NCBI GenBank assembly: GCA_037137535.1 | Contig: JBAXKC010000023.1 | Span: forward strand, 1 to 47,327 | From: a bacterium | GTDB lineage: Bacteria; Cyanobacteriota; Vampirovibrionia; Gastranaerophilales; JBAXKC01 | Reading direction: 5' to 3' | DNA: 47,327 nucleotides | The notes under the pieces: model-generated | The model's database searches: none | Told to the model about the DNA's origin: nothing | What the model saw: the letters and a program-made list of their open reading frames with translations, nothing else | Shown: positions 40,738-47,327 of the stretch, piece after piece | Layout of the letters: each line of letters opens with the position of its first letter | Position numbering within the stretch: position 1 is the first letter of the stretch | Position numbers and translations under genes: made by a program

Positions 40738-41688
40738 ATGCAATATATTGGTAAAATAAAGCCCAAAAAACTAAATAAAAGCGACACAATTGGAATAATT
40801 GCTCCAGCTGGTGCTGTAAGAGATTATTCAACGATTGAAAGAGCTCAAAAGTATTTTAAACAAAAAGGCTATAAAGTCAAAATATCAAAAGGATTATATG
40901 AAAGTAAAAGATATTTGGCTGGTGATGATGAGCTTAGAGCTTCTGAATTAATGAAATTCTTTGCTGATGATGAAGTAAAGGCTGTTATCTGTGCCAGAGG
41001 CGGTTATGGTACTTATCGGATATTAGATAAACTTGATTATGAGGTAATTGCTCAAAACCCTAAAATATTTATTGGTTACAGCGACATTACAGCACTTCAT
41101 TTAGCTATCTCTGAAAAATCCAATATGGTTACTTACCATGGACCACTTGCTCTGTCAGATTTTGGTGGCGAAAATATTGATGAATATACAGAAAAAGTAT
41201 TTTGGGACATTGTCGAAGAAAAAACAGACTTGCCGTATGTTTATGAAAATACGGAAAATTATTTCAATATAAAAACAGGTAAAGCCGAGGGCGAACTTTT
41301 TGCAGGGAATTTAACAGTTCTTTGCGGATTACTCGGAACAGATTATTTTCCTGATTTAACAAATAAAATAATAATTCTGGAAGACATCGCAGAACCGCTC
41401 TATAAAATTGATAGAATGTTAACTCAATTGAAATTAGCAGGCGTAATTCAGAATGCAAAAGGATTGTTATTCGCTAACTTTACAGATATGGCAGGATTTG
41501 AAAACGAAAACGATAAAATTAACGCAATAACAGAAGTTATCATAGAACTATTTGGCGAGCTTACAATACCAATTGGTTATGGTTTTTCGGCTAGTCATTC
41601 GTTGAAAAAAGCAACTTTGGCGGTTGGAGCGGAATATACTTTTATTTCTGGTGAAAGTATATGTGTGCTTCAACTTAATAAGAACTAA
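40738..41688 (+). CDS. LD-carboxypeptidase (peptidase S66)
   Basis: CARGGYG, FIGYSDIT, GNL, ILEDIAE..YKIDRML, C-terminal His (SASH). Confidence 0.9.
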   Translation: MQYIGKIKPKKLNKSDTIGIIAPAGAVRDYSTIERAQKYFKQKGYKVKISKGLYESKRYLAGDDELRASELMKFFADDEVKAVICARGGYGTYRILDKLDYEVIAQNPKIFIGYSDITALHLAISEKSNMVTYHGPLALSDFGGENIDEYTEKVFWDIVEEKTDLPYVYENTENYFNIKTGKAEGELFAGNLTVLCGLLGTDYFPDLTNKIIILEDIAEPLYKIDRMLTQLKLAGVIQNAKGLLFANFTDMAGFENENDKINAITEVIIELFGELTIPIGYGFSASHSLKKATLAVGAEYTFISGESICVLQLNKN

Positions 41689-41804
41689 AAACTTTCTGTT
41701 ATTTTTTACATAAATATATATGAATAAAAGACAATTTTTAAAAACCTTGTTTTTTTAAGTAAATATCATCAAATTATTTTTATTTTGAAAGTGGTTTTTT
41801 ATTT

Positions 41805-42956
41805 ATGATAAACAATAATTTATATATAAATCCTAACTTACCTCGAATTAATAAGCAGATAAAATTTGGGGGCATGTTTGGCTTATTTAATAACAATAAA
41901 GAAATTCCAGATGAAAAACTTCTTCAATGTAAGGATACAGTCCAAGAAGCAAAAAACAAAATGGCAAAAGTCGTAGACTATGGTGCTTTATCAGTTAGTT
42001 CGGATGATTTAAAACTTAAACAATATTATGCAACTAAGGCACTAGGATACTTGAAAAAGGCAACAACACTGAGCGAGCAAGCTAGATCTATTTTAAATGA
42101 ATCAGAGTCCTCATCTAATGAAAAAAAACCTATAATAAACGAACTTGATAAACTTCATAAAGATATTAATAAAATTCATGACGTTTTATATAAGGAAAAA
42201 CATTCTATTAATATATCAGAAAATGCATGTAGACAGTCTAATGAATTATTTTGGAATAAAAAATCTGTCGATGCTGGAAAAGTACCTGTATATTATTTTA
42301 GTGAACCAATTGAAAATGGATTGGTTGTTTTGCCATTCCCTATTAATTCAGAAGGAAAATTAAATAATATTCACAAGAAGAACAAAATTATTTATATAAG
42401 AGTAGATACCAAAAATGATACTGTTTTAAATAAAGCATCAGAAGTTTTAACTCAAAGACTACAAAATATTAATTCTTCAGATTCTCTTGATAAAGTTAAA
42501 TGCATTTTAGAAACAGAAACTGAATTTTTTAATGAAGAAAAAACGATGAAACTTCAAGATAAAGATGGAAATGAATATAATTATGCAAATTTCAAACAAG
42601 AACATTTTCCTGAGCGAGAAATCTCACTGGGTGAATTTTCATCAGGTGGATTTGGCGTTCCTGCTAAAACAGCTACATGTTTACCCCAATCCTTATTTGC
42701 AAAAGCATTTTCTCAAATAAATAATATAATTTTAGATATTTGTCTTAATAGCTCTCATTGTTGGTGTGAATACCACAGTGACGATAATAAAACCTATGTT
42801 ATAGACCCTAGAAATAAATTGATTTTTGATTTGGATGAAAAAAAAGGGTATGAGTATAATCATAAAGATAAGAACTACTGTGAATTATCAAAAGATGATT
42901 GCAATGATGCATTTGAGGAGCTATATAATCACTCTAAAGAAATTTATAAGTTTTAG
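41805..42956 (+). CDS. Hypothetical protein with a putative C-terminal transglutaminase/papain-like (EDR1-like) domain
   Basis: Asn-rich N-terminus with IKFGG; C-terminal ATCLPQSLFAK...SHCWCEY...YVIDP. Confidence 0.6.
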   Translation: MINNNLYINPNLPRINKQIKFGGMFGLFNNNKEIPDEKLLQCKDTVQEAKNKMAKVVDYGALSVSSDDLKLKQYYATKALGYLKKATTLSEQARSILNESESSSNEKKPIINELDKLHKDINKIHDVLYKEKHSINISENACRQSNELFWNKKSVDAGKVPVYYFSEPIENGLVVLPFPINSEGKLNNIHKKNKIIYIRVDTKNDTVLNKASEVLTQRLQNINSSDSLDKVKCILETETEFFNEEKTMKLQDKDGNEYNYANFKQEHFPEREISLGEFSSGGFGVPAKTATCLPQSLFAKAFSQINNIILDICLNSSHCWCEYHSDDNKTYVIDPRNKLIFDLDEKKGYEYNHKDKNYCELSKDDCNDAFEELYNHSKEIYKF

Positions 42957-43194
42957 TACTCGACATAAAATATAAATAAAGATTTACTTCTATTCGTTTC
43001 CTTAGTGCTATAATTGTAGTTGCTTATAGGATTTTTACCGTCAATTTGTTTAATATTAATTATCAAGAGCTTATAAATAAATTCCTTTATTATTTTGTAC
43101 AAATTGTTAGTAAAAATTATTTAAGGAATTACTATGTATAAATTTGCTTGTTATTCAAGGTAAGTTTATATAAAAATCGGAGTTCTTTCTTCTC

Positions 43195-44700
43195 ATGAAT
43201 ATTGACCATTTTAAAAAAGACTTTTTTGCTTCAATAGTAGTCTTTCTAGTTGCGTTGCCTTTATGTCTGGGTGTAGCTTTAGCCTCGGGTTTTTCTGTCG
43301 GTGCAGGAATTATATCTGGAATTATAGGCGGAATAATTGTCGGTTCTATTGCAGGCTGTCCATTACAAGTCAGCGGACCTTCCGCAGGATTGATTTTAAT
43401 ATCATATGAGCTTATTCATACATACGGATTTGAAAAATTTGCGGTCATTGTTTTTGCAGCGGGCATAATTCAAGGTGCCTTTGGACTATTAGGATTAGGG
43501 CAATGGTTTAGAGCGGTATCACCTGCTATTATTAACGGAATGCTTTCAGGAATAGGCTTATCTATTTTATTCAGCCAGTTTTATGTGATGATTGATAAAT
43601 CTCCAACTGGCAATCCCTTATCTAATATCTTGTCTATACCTGCCACAATTATTCATATAGGTCATACTGATCAGGTTTTAGCGGCATTAATAGGTATTCT
43701 AACGATAGGTATAATTATAATCTGGAATTATATTCCCGCTAAAATGAAATTTATTCCATCAGCCTTAGTTGCTGTTATTATTGCAGTTTTGCTTTCAACT
43801 TCACTGCATTTACCTGTAAAGTATCTAAGTATTTCAGAAAATATATTTAAAAGTGTAAGATTATTAAACATTTATGATCTTAGTTGTTTGTTAGATTATA
43901 AAATCATTATAGCTACCCTAAGTATCGCCTTTATAGCAAGTGCAGAAACTCTTATAGCCGCATCCGCCATTGATAAAATGTCATCCGTCAATAAAACAAA
44001 TTATAATCGTGAAATCTTGGCTCAAGGCGTTGGCAATATCTTAGCGGGATTATTGGGATTACCTCCTTTGACAGGAGTAATGGCAAGAAGTGCGACAAAT
44101 GTTCAATCAGGTGCTATGACAAGAGCTTCAGTTATTATTCACGGATTATGGTTACTTTTATTTATTATATTTTTGCCAAATGTTTTGAAATTAATTCCTA
44201 CTTCTTGTCTTGCTGCAATCCTTGTTTATACAGGTTATAAGCTTTTACATGTGTCTGATGCTGTGAAAATCTTCACATTAAGTAAAGGTGAATTTATTAT
44301 CTATTTAATTACTGTTATAGCTATTGTTTCAACGAGTCTGTTAGATGGAATCCTTATAGGGGTAGCTTGTTCAATTATAAAAAATACCTATAAGTCTATG
44401 AAATCAAATATTAGCGTAAAAAAAGATGAAGTAAACAATCTGATAACAATAAAAATAAGTGGAAATTTAACATTTTTAAAACTTCCACAAATTACTAATA
44501 TTATTGAAAAATTAGAACCAAAAAAGAAAATAATAATTAACTTTGAAAAATTAAATCATATTGATCATGCTTGTATAGACATTTTAATGGATTGGTCAAA
44601 AGATTATAAAAAAAGTGGAGGAAATCCTTTAATTAACTGGAGTATTGTTAAAGAAGTCTATCCTAATTTTGGTTGGGAAAATATTGAAGAAATTAATTAA
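43195..44700 (+). CDS. SulP family anion transporter
   Basis: VFLVALPLCLGVALASG, QVSGPSAGL, ELAQG-like EILAQGVGN, RSATNV; C-terminal STAS-like domain. Confidence 0.93.
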   Translation: MNIDHFKKDFFASIVVFLVALPLCLGVALASGFSVGAGIISGIIGGIIVGSIAGCPLQVSGPSAGLILISYELIHTYGFEKFAVIVFAAGIIQGAFGLLGLGQWFRAVSPAIINGMLSGIGLSILFSQFYVMIDKSPTGNPLSNILSIPATIIHIGHTDQVLAALIGILTIGIIIIWNYIPAKMKFIPSALVAVIIAVLLSTSLHLPVKYLSISENIFKSVRLLNIYDLSCLLDYKIIIATLSIAFIASAETLIAASAIDKMSSVNKTNYNREILAQGVGNILAGLLGLPPLTGVMARSATNVQSGAMTRASVIIHGLWLLLFIIFLPNVLKLIPTSCLAAILVYTGYKLLHVSDAVKIFTLSKGEFIIYLITVIAIVSTSLLDGILIGVACSIIKNTYKSMKSNISVKKDEVNNLITIKISGNLTFLKLPQITNIIEKLEPKKKIIINFEKLNHIDHACIDILMDWSKDYKKSGGNPLINWSIVKEVYPNFGWENIEEIN

Positions 44701-44702
44701 TT

Positions 44703-45326
44703 TTATTTTTTCATCTCGTCATAATGTTGTTTTTGAAGATTTAATTTTTCTTTTTCAATATTAATTAAACTATCATAATATTTTTCTTTTTGGTAATTTG
44801 CAGACTGAATAAGCCTTTCTTGTCTTTCAAGAGCTTCTCTGACTTTTATTTCTTCAAGTTTTTTTTCGCATTTATCATCAAGAAAAGCTACTGTTTTCAT
44901 ATCATTTATTCTATTTCTTAATTTTTGATAATCATTAATTTTTTCTAATTTTATTGCCCAGAAGGCAAGATTAGTTAAATAAGATTGGTCATTATTGCCC
45001 CATAAAAATGATTCATAGGCATAACCATAGGCTTCATATAAATGATATTGCTCTATAAAGCCTATATCTATTAATCCGTCTTTATTTAATCTTTGAGGGT
45101 TGTCTAGATAATATTGGGCAATTGCTATATCTGTCTGAATTAAATTAAACGCATCATTTAATTTTTTATAAACTTTTCTTTGTTTTTTTAGAATTTTAAC
45201 TTGATCTTTAGTAATTATAGAACTTTGTTTAAGTTCGCAATAAATATTCGTTGTTTGAGCATGACAGTTTGTATAACCTATAAAAAATAAAACAAAAGCA
45301 AGAAGTACAAATCTCTGATTTTTCAT
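44703..45326 (-). CDS. Hypothetical exported protein
   Basis: Signal peptide MKNQRFVLLAFVLFFIGYTNCHA; GGAG RBS; coiled-coil C-terminus. Confidence 0.7.
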   Translation of the reverse strand: MKNQRFVLLAFVLFFIGYTNCHAQTTNIYCELKQSSIITKDQVKILKKQRKVYKKLNDAFNLIQTDIAIAQYYLDNPQRLNKDGLIDIGFIEQYHLYEAYGYAYESFLWGNNDQSYLTNLAFWAIKLEKINDYQKLRNRINDMKTVAFLDDKCEKKLEEIKVREALERQERLIQSANYQKEKYYDSLINIEKEKLNLQKQHYDEMKK

Positions 45327-45554
45327 TCAATTCTCCATTAATTGATTTCAAACAGTTATATAATTAAAACGATTATTTTAGCTTAAACGTTCATTTTAAT
45401 TCAATGCTAAATATTACTTTTTAGTTTAACCCCTAATTTAAAAAGTTCAAAGCTAAATTTGTGTTAATCCTATGTTATTAATGCTTAAAATATAGTAAAA
45501 TAGTCTAAATCAGCGTTTGTAGTATTAAATTATATCTTTATAGGCGGTAAAAAT

Positions 45555-47258
45555 ATGGATGCGGAAAAAATTATCAAAGTTGCAAGAGGCGAAGAATTAG
45601 CAGATTTAGTGATAAAAAACGCAAATATAATAAATGTTCTTTCGGGAGATTTTCATAAAGATGATGTAGCAATTGTTGACGGTAAAATTGCAGGTATTGG
45701 TAAAGGATATGAGGGAAAAGAAACAATAGATTTAAACGGAGCATATCTTTCACCATCCTTTATTGACGGTCATGTTCATCTTGAAAGCTCAATGGTTATG
45801 CCTTTTGAATTTGCAAGAGCAGTTGTTCCATCAGGTACTACAACAGTTATAGCTGATCCACATGAAATAGCTAATGTTCTTGGACTTCAAGGGATAAGTT
45901 TTATTAGGGAATCAACGGTTAATTTACCTCTTGATGTCTATGTTATGTTGCCGTCTTGCGTTCCTGCTACTGACATGGAAACATCGGGTTTTTCGCTGAA
46001 TAGTTATGATTTATCTGTGTTTATGGATAAAAAATGGGTTTTAGGTTTAGGTGAAATGATGAATTTCCCTGGTGTTTTATATAGAGATAAGTTAGTTTTA
46101 GATAAAATTGTAAGTGCAGCTGGAAAAAGAGTTGACGGGCATGCTCCTGGCTTAAAGGGCAAAGACCTTAATGCATATATTGCAGCAGGAATAAGCTCTG
46201 ACCATGAATGTATAAATGTAGCAGAGGCTAAAGAAAAGCTAAGATTAGGCATGCACCTAATGATTAGAGAAGGTACAGCAGCAAAAGACCTAGAGGCACT
46301 GCTTCCTGCAATAAAAGATCATAATTCCAGAAGATGCTTTTTTGTAACCGATGATAGAGTTCCTCATGATTTAAAGGATCATATCAGCTCAATGGTCAGA
46401 AAAGCTGTTGAATTTGGATTATCTCCGCTAACTGCTATTCAAATGGCTTCAATTAATACCGCTGAGTATTTTAGAGTTCCTAATCTCGGAGCAATTGCCC
46501 CCGGTTATAAAGCAGATATGATTGTGCTTGAAAATTTTTCTGATTTCAAGCCTAAAATGGTATTTAAAGATGGTCAGCTTGTTGCTAAAGACGGAAAGCT
46601 GATTATTGATACTGAAAACATTACTCCTCCTGCAATAAGAGGCTCTGTAAATGTTAAATGGATAGAAAAAAATCATTTTCAAATTAAGTCAGAATCGGAC
46701 AAAGTAAAAGTTATTGAAGTAATTCCAAAACAGCTTATTACTAAAACTTCTATTGAAAAAATAAAAGTTGAAAATGGTTTAGCTTTTTCTGATGAAGAAA
46801 ACGATATTTTAAAAATAGCTGTAATCGAAAGACATAGAGCAAGCGGAAATATCGGGCTTGGCTTTGTTAAAGGTTTCGGATTGAAAAATGGAGCAATTGC
46901 TTCAACAGTTGCTCATGATTCGCATAATATGATTGTGGTAGGGACTAATGACGATGATATGTATCTTGCCGCTATTGAACTTGTTAAATCACAGGGTGGA
47001 AAAGTAGTTGTAAGTAACGGTAAAAAGCTTGCTCATCTTGCCTTGCCTATTGCAGGTCTTATTTCAGATAAACCGATTGAAGAAGTAATTGAAAAACTTG
47101 ATAAATTGATTGATGCAAGTTTACAAATTGGCTGTAAACTTGATGATCCGTTTATGGCTATGGCTTTTTTATCTTTACCTGTAATACCCGAATTAAAAAT
47201 TACAGATAAAGGACTTGTTGATGTTAATAAGTTTGAAATAACTCCTTTATTTGTTTAA
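45555..47258 (+). CDS. ade: Adenine deaminase
   Basis: IDGHVHLESS, ADPHEIANV, EMMNFPG, DGHAPG, DHEC, VTDD, STVAHDSHN. Confidence 0.96.
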   Translation: MDAEKIIKVARGEELADLVIKNANIINVLSGDFHKDDVAIVDGKIAGIGKGYEGKETIDLNGAYLSPSFIDGHVHLESSMVMPFEFARAVVPSGTTTVIADPHEIANVLGLQGISFIRESTVNLPLDVYVMLPSCVPATDMETSGFSLNSYDLSVFMDKKWVLGLGEMMNFPGVLYRDKLVLDKIVSAAGKRVDGHAPGLKGKDLNAYIAAGISSDHECINVAEAKEKLRLGMHLMIREGTAAKDLEALLPAIKDHNSRRCFFVTDDRVPHDLKDHISSMVRKAVEFGLSPLTAIQMASINTAEYFRVPNLGAIAPGYKADMIVLENFSDFKPKMVFKDGQLVAKDGKLIIDTENITPPAIRGSVNVKWIEKNHFQIKSESDKVKVIEVIPKQLITKTSIEKIKVENGLAFSDEENDILKIAVIERHRASGNIGLGFVKGFGLKNGAIASTVAHDSHNMIVVGTNDDDMYLAAIELVKSQGGKVVVSNGKKLAHLALPIAGLISDKPIEEVIEKLDKLIDASLQIGCKLDDPFMAMAFLSLPVIPELKITDKGLVDVNKFEITPLFV

Positions 47259-47327
47259 TAGTTATACTTTATACAGGAGTTACGCAAAGTACCTGAAAAG
47301 TATAAAAAATAAACATCCTGATTTTTC

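Overview
AT-rich bacterial chromosomal window. The gene mix (ahcY, single-domain L25, Ycf52-like GNAT, FliA/WhiG sigma, many Asn/Ser-rich 'xxFxG' N-terminal proteins) suggests a non-photosynthetic cyanobacterial relative (Vampirovibrionia/Melainabacteria); this is inference only. The left ~10.7 kb is a defence island built on a minus-strand type I restriction-modification locus: hsdM - truncated rhuM - HEPN (HI0074-type) RNase - MNT::HsdS fusion - Fic - hsdR - truncated DUF4268-like remnant. A decayed second fic gene and an IS5-family element lie on one side, and a probable IS3-type end on the other. The standout observation is a HEPN/MNT toxin-antitoxin pair whose nucleotidyltransferase antitoxin (intact GSx10DxD) is fused in frame to the HsdS specificity subunit. 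This suggests an RM-guarding abortive-infection system analogous to PrrC/EcoprrI. Next is a kdpABC operon with two extra genes and a kinase-less KdpD and no kdpE. The remainder is mostly housekeeping (AsmA-like, DAG kinase-like, ahcY, fliA, rplY, rplI, GNAT, rlmD, dxr, S66 peptidase, SulP, ade). It is interspersed with TPR proteins, a near-consensus sigma-28 promoter and orphan proteins that share a putative N-terminal export signature, one with a predicted Cys-His-Asp triad.
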